NCBI RefSeq assembly: GCF_000150275.1
Contig: NW_002060973.1
Span: 493,956-553,957, forward strand
From: Trichoplax adhaerens
Taxonomy: Eukaryota > Animalia > Placozoa
DNA: 60,002 nucleotides
Direction of reading: 5' to 3'
Shown: positions 1-16,000 of the stretch, in pieces
How positions within the stretch are numbered: position 1 is the stretch's first letter
How the letters are laid out: every line of letters starts with the position of its first letter
Notes under the pieces: model-generated
What the model saw: the letters and a program-made list of their open reading frames with translations, nothing else
What the model was told of the DNA's origin: nothing
Databases searched by the model: none
Made by a program: the position numbers and the translations under genes

Positions 1-1030
1 TAATTTTGGACATAAATGTACTTAAATAGAAATAGATCTTAGAATAGGACATTTATGTTCATAGAAGATGGAAGTATTTAGTGATTACCCAATACCTTAT
101 TGTTACTCAATTTTTAGTAAAACTTTTATTAGAGTATTTTGATATAAGGATGATGATTACATGTTTAATGTTATAGTTGCTATATGTTCCATTAGACAAG
201 GATCTTGTAAATAGTGAAATAATGTGAGAAAACCTGTTTATATGTTTACTAGAGTGATGAACGCTAAATTGAGATATAGTAATAGCAATAAGAACTTGCT
301 TACGACATACATTTTCTATATAACAAGAGTCAATCTCGAAATGAAAATAACTGTTCTTAACAAATTTGATCCTAACTTGAGTTTGTGAGTAAATTATTTT
401 ATATTTTCCTTGTTCTAAACAGTAAGTTATAACCTGCATTGGTAAAACTTAGATTGAGTAATTATACACGGCTAATTCTTAGGTTATCGACCGACTTCCT
501 TCTAAAGGAGTCGGTCTCTTGTATCCTTCGTAGTACGTTGACAAATATATTGGCAATATTATTTTCCCTTGAAAGATCGTCTTTTAAACCTAATTCGACT
601 TAGTATATAGTTTACCGCATAAAGTCCAGTACCTTGTAAGGTTCATAAAAGTGCGAGATCTTCACTAGAGAATGATTGTCACGAACCGGAAAATATACCG
701 TAGACAATTTACCTTTTTCTAGAGTTTGCGATTTTCTTGACATAACTAGCCCACTCAGGTCTAACGTTGTCCTTTTAATTATGATTACCAAGGATTTAAT
801 TATAGAATCAATTTTTCTTGATGCTACTACTATTTACGATGTTTATATGGGCTCATAAGAATATTAAATTAATTAACATGCCAATGCTAACGATTTTTAA
901 TCAATGAACTTTAAATTTACAAATTTCAATATATAAATATAAACCATTTCACAGATAAGAATTGTTTAAATAAATTGAATCTATAGATAGCTACCCTTGC
1001 ATATCTACTGAATTGCTATCATTTATTCAG

Positions 1031-4000
1031 ATATTTAGGTCAAAATAAGATAGAAAAAATTGCAGACAGAGCCTTTGCAAGCCTTTACAACTTATATGTA
1101 CTGTAAGTAATCAGATCATTAGACGGATATATACTTTAAGTTATCAGATAGATAGCTTTGAAGTAAAACTTAAATCTCAATATGAGTGTCTAGAGATATT
1201 ATTGTAAATTTCAGGCTGACCATTTATATTCTTCTTTAATTTGTGTATCCTACATGATTAGAAAATATTTTTTATATAAATATTATAGAGGTTTAGGAAA
1301 AAATCTTTTAAATTACTTAAATTCTCCAAAAATGTTCGAAGGACCATCGTATTTAGGCTATCTGTAAGTTGAATGCTTTATAATTAGCAAAAGTAAATAG
1401 CTACAGTCAAATTTAGTCGTCGATATTAACCAAGTTTTTAAAGTTTCATGAATTTCTTTGTTTTGAATTTAAATGAAATCAATAATAACACTAGATTAAC
1501 TACACACAGCTCTACTCTAGCCGAATACTACTACTAAAGACTTCTAGAACGAACTAACATAATAATCTAAGTTGCATGCTTTTATACTTTTCGTAGCATT
1601 CGCAGCTACAATCCACACGACAACATTTTACCTTATTTTACACATACTTAAATTATTCTTAGTAACACTATTCTACTGAGAACCATCATTAATCCGATTT
1701 GGATACGACTACAGTACTTACGTCGGCATTATTCACACTAGCCAAAGTACAATGAATTAACCATATCCTAATATATGATTTATGGTTCTATTTTTACCTA
1801 TAACCTTATTAGTAACTCAACACCTTGCTGTATATAGTCATCTATACTCTAGCATAGAGTCTATACCACTACAGTCTATAGTTATAGCTACCAAATATCT
1901 CTTAGGATAAATATAGAAGTTACGCTACCGTACATTATACTAAACATGGCTAACAGTCTACAATCACAGTACTAAGTTACATTACATACAATCATCATAT
2001 TTCTTCAAGTTTTATTGTAGTGGCAAGGAGAGCTAGCATATTAATAGTTACAAAAAATTGCTATTTAATAAAGAAGAAATTAAACAAAATCCAACCACTT
2101 AATAAATGACAATGCAAGATATTAATTAATAATAAAATATTAATCTTAACTAATTTTAGTTATATGGAAGAAAATAAAATAGAAAGAATTGAAGATAGCA
2201 TATTTGCAAGCATCAAACGACTCAAGACTTTGTACAAATAAAATAAAACGGCTTTAAATTACTTAACTGATTCAATATTATCAAAATTTTAACTAGCAAC
2301 TTATTCTTCATTTTCCTATGATGATGTACGATGCAGATATTTGAATGGAAATTTGATACAGACTCTCATTTCTCCAGGCATATTTAAAGGATTGACGCAC
2401 TTGACAGAATTGTAAGATGTATTTAGATATATTAGTCGTACTATCTTTATATCTAAATGTTGATTTTTACAAATATAAGAGGCATGACATGAATCGCACG
2501 AATATTGGAAATAGTTCATATATGTTATTGTCACAAAACAGCTTTACAACAAGATAGCGTAATGTACAATCAATCAGTCAATTCCCTGAACCACGTATCG
2601 GGGAGCAATATCTACTCTTTCAGGAACGCTTTTCCTATACTAGCTAACTACAAGAAGACTTAGATGTTTCGTTTTTTACGTTAAATACAAATCTTTAGAA
2701 CTCTCTTTATTATACGATATATTACATTTATATACTCTTTTACAATGGCAAAGACATACTAGTTAGCAATATTAACGTTGAAACCTTCTAATGAATCAAA
2801 AGCTAATTTTATCTACCGCTACCCAATGAAGACAACAGTATTTACGAACATAGCCATCGAATAACTAGTACAAATTTTGTCAAATTACAATATGTTTTAT
2901 CACGAAACATTTCCACGATAATCTACAATTTACCAAAAGTAAATTACAATCACAGTGATTTGAATTGTAAGAAGTTATTTAGATTCCCTAATTAAACTAC
3001 TAATTAACATAGATTTTTCTACTATAATCTAGATATTGTAGTATATAACACTGTAAGAGCTATAGACTGATCAGTTAAACAGACGATCTTTTAGTTCCTT
3101 CATGATACCTTAACGTAGTGTTGATATTTTATGAGGTTTTAATTAATGTTAGTATGTATAAAGCCTTATCAAAAAATCTAATTCCTCGATTTTGCTTGTT
3201 ATATTCAGCACCAAATGTCTGTGAATGTACTTTAATTTCGCAGTACTTCCCGAACTTTACATTGATTAAGACGAAGGATAACACTACAAAAAAATACGTC
3301 TGTTAAGATCATGGAATTATCGTACTTTTTTGAAACCTATATTCGCTTCATTTCATAAATTATACTACTATAGCTTTTATGTTCAGTTTAAAAATTTATA
3401 AACATGCCCGTAACCTATTTTTAGATAGCTAACTACGAAAAGGTTTGATAGCTTAGTGATTTTTCTACATCAAAAGATAATCAGAATGTGCATAATACAG
3501 TTTCATTATTTTCTCTACATTCTTCTTATAAATATAGGTGGTTTTTAAAAATACTTGACAAATTTTAATATTATATTCTTACTTATTAAGAATAGTTTAT
3601 TAAGATAATTAGATAAGACAAATGTTGCATATTAAACTACGGTATTAAGTAAATATTTAATGCTAGATAAATGTTAATGTTCGAATGCTTGGCTTAACTT
3701 TTGATGTCCTTTGATGAGAAATGTATGCTTACCAGCAGAAAATGTAGTGAATCGTTGTAGCCAGAGTGGCATATCATACTCACTTTATGATCTGGTTAAT
3801 GTCTATCTGAAATTATAATTGAAATTTGTGTAACGAAAAGTACGATATTGATATCATTGTTAAGATTCGGTTAGTTGTCGACTATCTTTGGTCGATGACT
3901 AATGTTTTAAAGTAGATATACAAGAGTATCATAGATACTATAATGCAGAAGACAGTAATAGCGAAGTATTTTCCTCCATTTATAGGAGACTGAACGAAAA

Positions 4001-7000
4001 TAGAATATCTCTAATTGCCGATGGAGTACTAGCCCCACTTGTCAGATTAATTTATTTGTAAGTTGCTATAAATCTTGAAATGCTTTCCTATGTAACTGTT
4101 ACGGCATAAATAATTACAAAAGCTACTTCTGAGTGTAGTATTACTAATATAACTAACAATCAAAGACTGACTACTTCTGGTTTTGCAAATTTGCTGTCAT
4201 ATAATTTACGGCTATTTAACAATCGTATTCCTAATTTTAGCGGTAATATTTCTGGCTGATAACCGACACGTACCTGTAATACCGTTGCTTGCCTGAACGA
4301 ATGTTAATCAATTAATTTTACTGCGTAATAGTTAAAATATTTTATCGAGTTCCATAAAACCACTAGTAAATACTCTTAGTTGCAAATTTCGACAGTAATT
4401 ACATTATTAAAATATTAGTAGTGCAATGTAGCAAGTGTTTCCAAAATTGTTAGTCTGCGTGTACAGAGCAAAGCGCAAGTTATGATCGATTTCTTTATGT
4501 CATCAAAATTATGGGCATGAACCGTAGCTTACTATCACGACCTATGTTGACACACAAAGATATATGTCACAAACCAACTTCGTGACAAAGATAACGTAAA
4601 ACAAATCTCTAAATTACTATAGTCTCCGGGATTAAGTATCTCTTAACTACCTCACAAGAATTTAGGCGCCTTTGCTTCTACGTTAAAACAACTATATAAC
4701 TCTTTTTTTATTCAACTACCTGCTGAGCTTAAATACCCTTCGGCAGCAGCTACCATGTATGAGTCATAACAGTTCACAAAATTTAGGTCAAATTGGATAG
4801 CCAAGTTAATACAGACATTATTCATAATTTTGGACTTTTACTGAACGATTCTAGATGATTAGACTACAGTATGTCCTCACGCAGAATTATTTATAGTATC
4901 AACTATAATTGAATATCTTCAGGATATTCATCACAAGCGTTACAAGACATAGCACTATAATCAATTAATATTAGTTACCTTGTGAAAACTCTTACTACAA
5001 CATAGCATAATTTTCTGCAACAAAATAATAACTACTGTAGTTGTTACTGTAAATCATTATTAGTTATCTCCATATGTAAATGTTAAACACTAAATTTAGT
5101 CATTTACTCTTCACTGTGGTTCGTACCGTGACAATATAATATAAAATGGGGATATTGTACCTTCGATGATCCAGTAAAACTACCCGCAGCTTAATATTGA
5201 GTAGAAGTTCTCTTCAATTATTAGTCTCTGTATTAATATTATTGGTACTACTCTACCTTGTATCCTACAGAGAACTTTATGATCAACTTGTATACCGTGC
5301 TACTTTATTTTTGGCTTTTTAGTTCAATTTACGAAGTTAAGTACTACTCATCCAATCGGCTATTCAACTCCTAATTTTTTTGCTGAACAAACTTTATTAG
5401 CTAATAAGTTTTGTGCTTTGAGTTTGCTATCGTTACTCTTATACACTCACAAAAATAAGATAAAAGAAAGCAGCTTCGAAAGCAGTATCTAACAGCTAAA
5501 TCTCAACTCATCAAAACGGTTCCAATGTAACCTTAAAGCAATCTAGTAATAACTTACCGGTATACTTATATAATAACGCAAAATTAAAGCAGTTCAGGAA
5601 ATATTATTTAATAGTAAATACTCACTAGCCAAAATGATTCTAATGTTACATTAATTTAATCTAGTTTTAACCTACATATACACTTAAAATAATAATATAA
5701 AATAAGAATGGTTCCAGAGGAATATTCATTAGCGAAATATCAGCTCACCAAAAGTATTTCCATCCCAAAATTAATTCAGTCGATTGAGGCCTTTTAATTT
5801 ACCAAGACTGTATAAAAATTGCTATGAATCAAAATAAGCCCTTTTATACTGTCTTTACTTCAGTAAAACAAAAAATTATAGCTATTCGTAATATAGAAAT
5901 TAACCTTAATCTTCTCTAATATTCGATAAGTAAAGTTCCATACTCCAAATAGTAGATACCATAGTTATTGCGTCAAGTTACTTCTTTAAGGTAGTCAGTT
6001 TTATCTATATCGAATTTGCTGTCGATAGCTATTTTGAGCAGAAATTAATGAAATGACTGAATCTGCGAGCATAATAGGTAACTCAGATAGCAATTTTGCT
6101 TCAACTAAGATAACTATATTGTATATATGGGACTGTTAGAGTAACGGAAAATGACGAGTTTTACGATTCATAGTTTTGTGACTATTACGTAAGGTAAAGG
6201 GCATTTAGGTTACTAAGTAATCTAGAAAGATAGATTTGGGCAGTATCACAAAAAACAGCTTTGCAACAAGATAACGCAATGTACGGTCAATAAGTCAATT
6301 CCTTGAACCATGTATCAAGGAACAATATCTGCACTATCAGAAACACTTTTGCTCTACTAGCAGACTACACAAAGACTTAGACGCCTCGTATTTTACGTTA
6401 AATACTAAGTTTAAGAATATACTTTATTACACGATATGCTGCATTTATATACTCTTCCTCAATAGCACATGAGTCATAGTTAGTACGATTAACTTTGGAA
6501 TCATTCACTGAATTAGACATTAATTTTAGCTACTGCTTCCTAATGCAGACAACAGTATTTGCGAACACAGACATCTGATGACTAATACAGAATAGTCAGA
6601 TTACGATATGTCCTATCACAAGACATTTCCACGATAATTTACAATCTATCATAAGTAAGTTACAATCACAAAAGATTCGAACTGTAAGTATATGATTTGC
6701 ATTCACAAATAGAACTATTAATTTCAGTATATATATATGTCACTGTCATATAAAGCCAGTGCTATATTAAAACACAGTATATCCAAATTAGAAGTTAACT
6801 AAACAAGGATAGGCTAACAAAATTATCCTAATAGAAATAATTCTACTCTAATACAGTACAGTATATAACACTGTAACAAGCAGTAATTTAACTATAGGGT
6901 TTTTACTCCATACCGCCTTGTCATTCAGATAACTTTTTATAACAAATGCGCGGTCATAATTTATAACTTAAATCGAAAATCATTATAACTTATACATAAT

Positions 7001-10000
7001 ACTCTTGAGTATACAGGTCCATTATGAGATTTAAATTAGTTTTTAAATTGTCTGGTCTATCGAGCATCATTATCTAGAGTTAATGTTTTACACAAATATT
7101 AATTAAGTTCACAGTAACGTTATTAAAACTAGCACTGATAACAGAATAATACATTTGTACTATTTCTTAGCTTACAACATCATGCAATTATGAGCAATAC
7201 TTCTAACATAACTTATAGATGGCTCTAACAAGAAATTTATAACTTAATTAGTTTTAAGTATCGGGAAATTGGTTACATAGTGTCACAAAACAGCTTTGCA
7301 ACAAGATAACGCAATATACGATCAATAAGTCAATTCCTTGAACCACATATCAAGGAACGATATCTGCACTATCACAAACACTTTTGCTCTACTAGCAGAC
7401 TACACAAAGACTTAAACGCCTCGTATTTTACGTTAAACACTAAGTTAGACAATTCTTCTTTATTTCACGATATACTGCATTTATATACTATTCCTCAATA
7501 GTTCATGAGTCATAGTTAATACAATTAACATTAGAATCATTTACTGAATTAGATATTAATTTTAGCTACTGCTCCCTTAATGCAGACAACAGTATTTACG
7601 AACATAGACATATAATGACTAATACAGAATAGTCAGATTACGATATGTCCTATCACGGAACATTTCCATGATAATTTACAGTCTACTATAAGTAAATTAC
7701 AATCACAATGATTCGAACTGTAAGTAGATGATTTGCATTCCCTATTATAACTATTAATTTCAGTATGTGTATAAGTGTCACTGTCATAAAAAGTCAGTGC
7801 TATATTAAAATACAGTATATCCAAATTAGAAGTTAACTAAATAAGGATAGTCTAACAGAATTATCCTAACATAGTTATTTCTACTGTAATACAGTATTTA
7901 ACACTGTAACACATAGCTACGGATCAGTGTTCGATGTTTTACAATCTGAATTGAACTTAACATTTCTTTCAATGGAACTGTTCAACTATTAGCCATTTGG
8001 ATACTAATGGAATACGAGACTTGCGCTCCATAAGCTTCAGAGGTTTGACTACAGTGACCTATCTGTAAGTTATAAATGAAGACAGCAGAGTGTGTTCAAG
8101 TTTTTCTATTTGTTATGCTACATTTAGCTTTAACATTCTAGCATCAAAAAGTTATTATTTATCTATTAAAATTATAGAAATCTTGCTAGGAACAGGATTA
8201 CTGAATTAACTGCTGGAATATTTAGAGAAATGCCTGCAATATCAAAATTGTTAGGAATCATTGTTTCGTGATACTATACCGTGATATTAACTCGTACAAT
8301 TTAAACTATCATTACTGTATCACCAGCAAATTTGTAAATTCTTCGTAGATATTTTTCAATTCTTTAATTATTTCAAACCTTCATTAAATTTTTCAAATCT
8401 TATAGAATAAAATATTAAATGATTATTTCATGTATTCCGTTAGGTGGATAAATACAAATTTAATTAACTCAATAAGCCGAGAATCCTGGCAAGGCATAAA
8501 TAAATTAAAGGAATTGTAAGACAGAATATACAATAAACTAGGACCTAATAGAATGAAATCTATTTATATTTGAAATAATACATTGCAATTTAAATTGTAT
8601 GAAGAATACTTAGAGTCATATAAACTATGAATTGCGTAAATATGGATTATGATAAGGAATGACCATATTTTATTTTTGAGACGACATTTAGGGCAGTGAC
8701 TAAATTAAAATTTTATGATACATTTGCAGAGTTAACGAAATTTATAACCCTCACAGTTTATATTTTTTCAAGATCATTACAAGCACATTTCATGCCTTTT
8801 AACGATTACTGAAAAACCATTAATCACTATCTTCTCATGACAAAGTTGCATATTCATACTAAAATACTTACGATACAGCTCTTCATTACTAAATTTATAA
8901 GATACCTATATCACTAAGATATTATTGATCCATAGAGATCTTGCCATTAATGCTATTGAAGATTTCAGCAAATACGATTTTTCTTCGCTTGCTTATTTGG
9001 AAGATTTGTTAGTAGTTATTGTACCTATATTGTATTAAAAATAGATTACTTAATAACGATGAGTAATTTTATAAACACTCAATCGTGATGATACTAGAAA
9101 TGCCATAGCAAAAGGAGGATTTCTTGGCAGTAATAACCGAAATTTTTACTTTATAGGAGATTAAGTGTCAACAATTTGGTTTTCTTGAGAGATTTTATAT
9201 TTTCAAATCTATCTAATGTTCATACACTGTAGGTTGATCATAATTTTAGGTCACATATCCAATTAAATTAATTATGAGTGTGTATCATCTACTTACTGAA
9301 CTTGTGTAGCAGATCGNNNNNNNNNNNNNNNNNNNNNNNNNNNNNNNNNNNNNNNNNNNNNNNNNNGAAAACTCTGTATGGCATAATCATTTAATTTAAT
9401 GACCCACAAAAAAAAGACCGAAGCAATCTTCGTTTACTCCCTTTTATATTAAAATTAATATTTTAAATTTCTTAAATAGACTTATTTATAATAACGAAAT
9501 TGAAATAATTCAGCCCCAGTCTTTTTCGAATCTAACGAAACTTTCATTCATGTAAGTCTTTTGATTTAGATAAAGTACCTTAAAACTGAATTGTACAACA
9601 GTTTGCCTTCAGTTCTCTGTCCATAAGAATTCATAACTTAACTGTTACAATGCTATATAATGTAATATCGAGATTAGAATAGAATTATTTACGTTAGGAT
9701 CATTTTGTTAGTTTACCCTTATTTAGTGAGTTTGTAATTTAGATATGCGATGTTTAAATAAAGCACTAGCTTTTATGGCAGTGATACATATAGATACACC
9801 GCACTAAAATTGGTAGTTAAATTAGGGAGTGGCGAATAATCTTCTTACAATATAAATCACAGTGATTGTAACTTACTTATGGTAGATTGTAGATTATCGT
9901 GGAAATGTTCCGTGATAGAATATATTGTAATCTGTCTATTTTGTATTAGTCATTAAATGCCTATGTTCCTAAATACTTTTGTCTTCATTAGGCAGTAGTA

Positions 10001-13000
10001 GGTAAAATTAGATTTTGATTCATTAGAAGCTTCAACATTAATATTATTAACTAGGATGACTAAACTATTGTAAAAGAGTAAATAAATGCGGTATATTGTA
10101 AAATAAAGTAAGTTCTTAAGAAATAGTGTTTAACGTAAAATAGGAGGCGTCTAAGTCTTTTTGTAGTATACTAGTATAAGAACAATGTTCCTGATGGGGT
10201 AGATATTGTTCCCTGATACGTTGTTCAGGGAATTAATTTATCGATCATACATTACGTTATCTTGTTGCAAAGTTGCTTTGTCACTGTGATAAAATCCGAC
10301 CACGAAAATTCCAAAATTGTAGAAAATTAGAACTTTATTAGATCTAATACAAAGACTAGCCACACACAGCTGTACTCTAGCCGAATGAAACTACTGAAAA
10401 ACTTCTAGAAAGAACAATCAGATAATCTAATATCTCCTGCTTTATGCTCTCCATAGCCTTTGCAGCTAAAGTCAGCATAACAGCATTCTAACACATCTTA
10501 TACGCATGCAGCTTACTATTGATTACAATGTTTTACAGCGAACCATCATTAATCCAACATGGAAATGATCACAGTATTTTCGTAGAAGTTATTCCTACCA
10601 CTCAAATTACAATAAAATGCGCATATTCTTATATATAATTTACAATTCTATTTCTACCTCTAACCTTATTAATAGCTCAACATCTTACTGTGTATAGAAT
10701 CATCTGTACTCTAGCATATTACAGTCTACAATTATGGGCTACTAAATAAATATCATGAGATAAATATAGAAAGACACCAGCGTACATCACACTAAACATG
10801 GAACAGTCTACAATCACAGTACTAGTTGCTTTACAGTAACAATAACGTAGAAGTAAGCTGTGCTGATAAAAATTACATAAAATTACCAATATTTAAGTAA
10901 ATATCACAATAATTGATGACATTAACGAACTCATAGATAGCAGTTTTGTCAATTGATAAAATTATTTTCTGTTTGTAGACACTTTAAGAATCAAAGACAT
11001 TTATGAAGTATCGTAATAGCTACCACAATAAAAAAATCAACAGCTTAATTACTATGAAGCTTAGTATATTTTATTATTATTAGAGGTTTACAAAATTATG
11101 GTTCATGCTAATTTCTGTAAAGAAAATTAATTGATCCTTCTATTAATTAAGGCAAATCTTTATATACTAGTGTAAGGGTTGGTTTTGTTAAATAAAAGCA
11201 AATGCGCTACACAAACTATCTTAGCTTTGATAAACTCATTGCTAATGATTCTTTAACGCTATTTATTCATAAAGATTTTTTTCATTTGTGCTGCATATGT
11301 TGCAATTCATTATGATGACAGCAAACTAAAGGCGTAAAATTTGTTAATACATTAATTTACGAATTAAGTTAAAATGCCTATAGTTTGGCTCATTATATGA
11401 GTTGATAAGAAGTGATCTGCAGGATATAAGGCAAAGAAGTACCGGCACCAATTATATCAATACAGTGTCAATTACTAGAATAGCTGTTCTACTAAATATC
11501 AAGTTCCGAAAAACATTTGCTGAATCAGCGTACGACAAGAAAAGCTGTATTTGATTTGCTCTTTGTTTCGTAGCTTTGTTCATGACATTTATTGCAATTA
11601 CTAGTATCTACGTTAGTGATCAATTTCATATTACTTGTACCTTACTTTGCTTACTTGCACTATTTTTATCACTATATCATAGAATTGTTTCTTATTTTTG
11701 TCAATATCTAAGAATAATTTTCAATTGATTGCATACTTAAAAACAGTCTGAAAATTCTTATTTCCTTTCAGTAATTTATCATGGAACAGGCTCACATCGA
11801 TCAGTAATCATATATTTAGCAATCTACCTTTATTGACAGAATTGTAAGTCAAATTTGAGTTTATATAGAGAATTCGATTCCTTATAATATCGGATTTGAG
11901 TAAATATTCATAAATGAAAGATTTTAAAGATAAGTTGTAATTCCTTCATTTTAGATTGCTGTTAAATAACTTTGTGAAAAATATTAGCTCGAAAGCTTTC
12001 CAAGAATCATCAAGAATTCGCAAATTGTACGTTAAGTGATATATTAAAAATGTGAAAGATGCGATTAAACGCTCTTATACGCTCCTTACATTCAAATTGG
12101 CAGAGATTTATCAGGAAATGGAATTGACGTAATTTCGGAACAAACTTTCTCTGATTTGGTCGATATAAGAATCTTGTAAGTTAAAACCTATGTAATTATT
12201 ATCAAATATGATATGGTATTGACTATGTATTCTTTACTTTACTTCGTTAAAATCATTCATAAATCTCGCCTATAATCAGGGAACTCAGAGTATGTTCCTT
12301 TACTGAAATTGGCATTGATTTATTCTCTAAGAATAGTTTCCTTCAACGTTTGTAAGTCATTAATGATGTTAATGTAAATTAAGGTATAAATTTTATTTCC
12401 ACGTACATTTAAGCTAGCAAAGAAAAATCTAATGAACATAAATCAATTGTATTCATTATATTAGAGACCTTGGCGGATGCAATATTAAAACTATTGCTTC
12501 TACAGCTTTTAGGAACTCCAGTTCTTTAGAAATAATGTAAAATGATTTGCGTCATTATATCTTACAATTATCATTAATTAATTAAATGATGTACTTAGCT
12601 CGTACCATGGGACTACCAAAACTTTATACAGTAAATTGATATAATATGAATAAAATTGAAAATCTCTCACCTCAAAATTGAAGAAATACTGTACTGAACT
12701 TTTGTTTTTTATGCATTATAATTGATACCTTACGTCAGTTGTTGCTTAATTCTATGTTCTCAAATATTTCAAAATTCAGTTAAGATGCTATTCAGCTAAG
12801 TGTATTTGATGGTACTTTTAGACTTCGTTAAAAATTGATTTTCTTTAAACTACAGAAATTTATCTTCTACATTATTACGAAAACTGCCACCCTATATATT
12901 TGGATCTGATAAAAAGATAATACTGAGAGAGATGTAAGTATATGAAATAAAGAGTGAAGCTTAAATGATTTTGTACAAAATTACCAATTAATACTTTAAT

Positions 13001-16000
13001 TTAAACGATGTAACCATGAATTGATTCGAGTAAAATAAATAGTGATACACCGTAAAATGATTACAACAATATTTTTAACAAATATTGTTGTACTTAGCCT
13101 ATTTTACACTATTAAAATCTTAAATGTCTTTGGTTAGGTATCTAAATAACAGCTTAATAGAAAGTATTGACGAAAAGTCATTTTATGGATTAAATCATTT
13201 GGAACTGTTGTAAGATATTAATTGTAATCTTGCCTTATTTTAAAGTGAGTTTTTCCATTTATAGACTTAAATGTTGTTACTATTCACTTTACGATAGATT
13301 TACAAAAGTAAAGTTTTTTAAATTAAATCTTACTACGACCCTTATCTTTCATAAATGACCCAATCAGTTAAACACTCTTTCCCTCACGTATTATATAACA
13401 ATAGCACAGTAGAAGCTAGTGTTATTGTAGTCAACCACTTGTTTAACGTATTGTAAGCCAGGTAGTATGATATGAACTTCGATTTTGTACCAGTATTTAC
13501 ACGAAATTGGCAATATTTTTATACTGTTAATAGGGCATTACGTATCATGAGTATAGAGTGAGAGTGCGGTCATCTAATATAAATAGAAATATTGTTGATC
13601 TGACAGCAAATTTGACAGTTCCTTTACTTGTCGAATCACGAATGTATCACAAGTTTGGTAATTAACATACTGTATACTGTAGGCCACTATTAAGACCAAC
13701 ATCGAGAGCCATTTTAGGGCTCTTTTATCGATAAAACAATAACTATTCTATCAGTTATCATTTCTAAGTTATTACTTATACTAACAGTAATCAGCTTCAT
13801 CTTATACTATCTTTGCAAAAAGTACCTTACTATGAATAATCTTAGTTTTACTTTCTAAAAGATGCAGCCTTTTGAGCAGATTTTACATACTGTCTGACTT
13901 GACTATTCTGAATCAAGATTAAATCATCTTATTTCCTTTTACAGATAGTAAAAATTCATAATAAATATAATATAAATACGATGTTGTGTATTAAATTTGC
14001 TACTATAATTAGGCTAATATGATTTAGAAGTAACGCCATAATTAAATATAAATTACTAATCATATTTTTAGGACGTTAAGTACAAACAATATTCAAAATT
14101 TATCAAGTACTTTTCAATTTCTGACTGGATTGATTGAATTGTATGTATTATATATATATATATATATATACATCTATATTTAAAATCATGTTCCGTAATA
14201 TCTTAAATTATGTCATACACAAATGTTTATATGGCTATAATGAATACTTGTATATATTTGTGACGATAGATACGATCTTAAAATATACTGATCAAATCAA
14301 ATAAAATCTTGTTATTGATGTTAATAGATGTCACCGCATTTGTCTTTTAGGAATCTGAACGAAAATAAAATTAAGCATTTGGATGGTTATAGATTTAATG
14401 GGTTAAAAGCACTTAAGCGTCTGTAAGTTATATCTTTCATAATAAAACGTAGCCCTAAAGACGTTTTTGCTAGGATTTATGCCTCTTATCAATTATCATT
14501 ATTATATTATAATAATTTTAAATGAATACCTAAAACACTATAACGATAGCGAATACGGTACAAAGTATAAAACTTACTAACCAATTACCGCCGAAAGTTG
14601 GCAGGCAATGAACTAGTATTAATGTTTCGAGCTAAGAATAGCCCTAACTAGCAATAATAGTTGAGAGTATTTTCTAACATATATTGCTGTTACGTGGAAT
14701 ACCAGTCAGTTGCTATACTTAGGCAAATAGGATTCAACATTGAGAAACCTATATACTTTCTAAAAAATCACAATCTAATTTATTGGCGGCAAAGCTGTCT
14801 GTCATATTGGTTTCAGTACCCGAAAACGACGTAATTACACAAGTTACTTCGTCTATTTGAATTTAAACAAATCAATACTCTAAAGAGCCTCTATCTGTAC
14901 AGATTAAACACAGTCTAATCCGATTAAACTTACGGCATCAGTGCAGTATTGAGATAATCAATTCTTAATAATAGTTAAATTAACAAACCTATATTTGGCT
15001 ATCTTACTAATATAATTCCTCCAAACTTAGGAATTGTATTTTTTGACTTAATAACTTTGGAGGAGATAGATATAATCCAGTTAAAGTAGTTGGCAATTAC
15101 TAGCTTAGTCTTTCAAATCCTAAATTTAGGATAACTAACATATCAACTGTTAATCACTAAAGTTACAATAAGACTAAAGTGCCCGTCACGAAAATTACTT
15201 AAGTGACATTTATAATTATGATAATGCAGCAGCTTTTGTGATTGTTATAGAATATTAAATAATATATAATTATTTTTTTATTAAGGGACTTTCTAGAAGT
15301 ATTATCAAGTTATTATTACTGGAAATGCTGATTAATTTTTCATTAAATAACAAAGGAAAATCTCGATAACATAGAAGAGATTCTTCTTATAAAAAGTAAT
15401 TTGAGTAGCCAATTAGATAGGTGATGTCGAGCTTAGCTAAAATAGCTAATAATATAGTAGAATAGAATACGCGTTGATCCAAAAGTGANNNNNNNNNNNN
15501 NNNNNNNNNNNNNNNNNNNNNNNNNNNNNNNNNNNNNNGGTTATTTATATACTCGTATTAATGAACACCTCGAAATTTGATTTTTTTTTCGTAATAATTT
15601 TAGGTACTTATCTTCAAATGAAATAAAATACATCGATAATGAAGCATTTACAGGCCTAATAAAACTAGTAGACTTGTATGTTCTGCAAAGCCAATAATGA
15701 TTCTTTATTGGCAATAACTAGGCTAATAAGGACATTTTTAATTACTTTCATTTCCAGAAATATCAATAATAACTATCTGACTTCACTTAACCGAACAACC
15801 TTCCATGGATTACGCAGATTAAATAATTTGTAAGTTTAAAAGAAGGTGTTAACTGGACTGTTTTCATATTTTAGTTTTAAACAATACGATCAAAGGTTGA
15901 TAAAGATTGAAGTGATGCTTGACCACATGAATACTTTAATAGCAAATAGTGACAATAATTAGTATCATAACATTTAGTTACCATAGTAATTTTGATGTTA

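Noticed and set aside
2529-3058. Classifying the repeat families as classical MITEs or Helitrons
   Set aside because: No extended TIRs or TA/TAA/8-9-bp TSDs, and Helitrons make no TSD; TG..CA ends with 5-bp TSDs fit integrase-type insertion better.
6244-7911. Two same-orientation A copies 400 bp apart read as one LTR-internal-LTR (TRIM-like) element
   Set aside because: Each copy has its own TSD (ggcag/agcag and catag/catag) and no PBS/PPT is evident in the spacer, so these are independent insertions.
9310-9375. Apparently short or broken exon suggesting paralog 1 is a pseudogene
   Set aside because: It spans a 50-N placeholder gap; the paralogous exon is a normal 72 nt and all other exons are intact.
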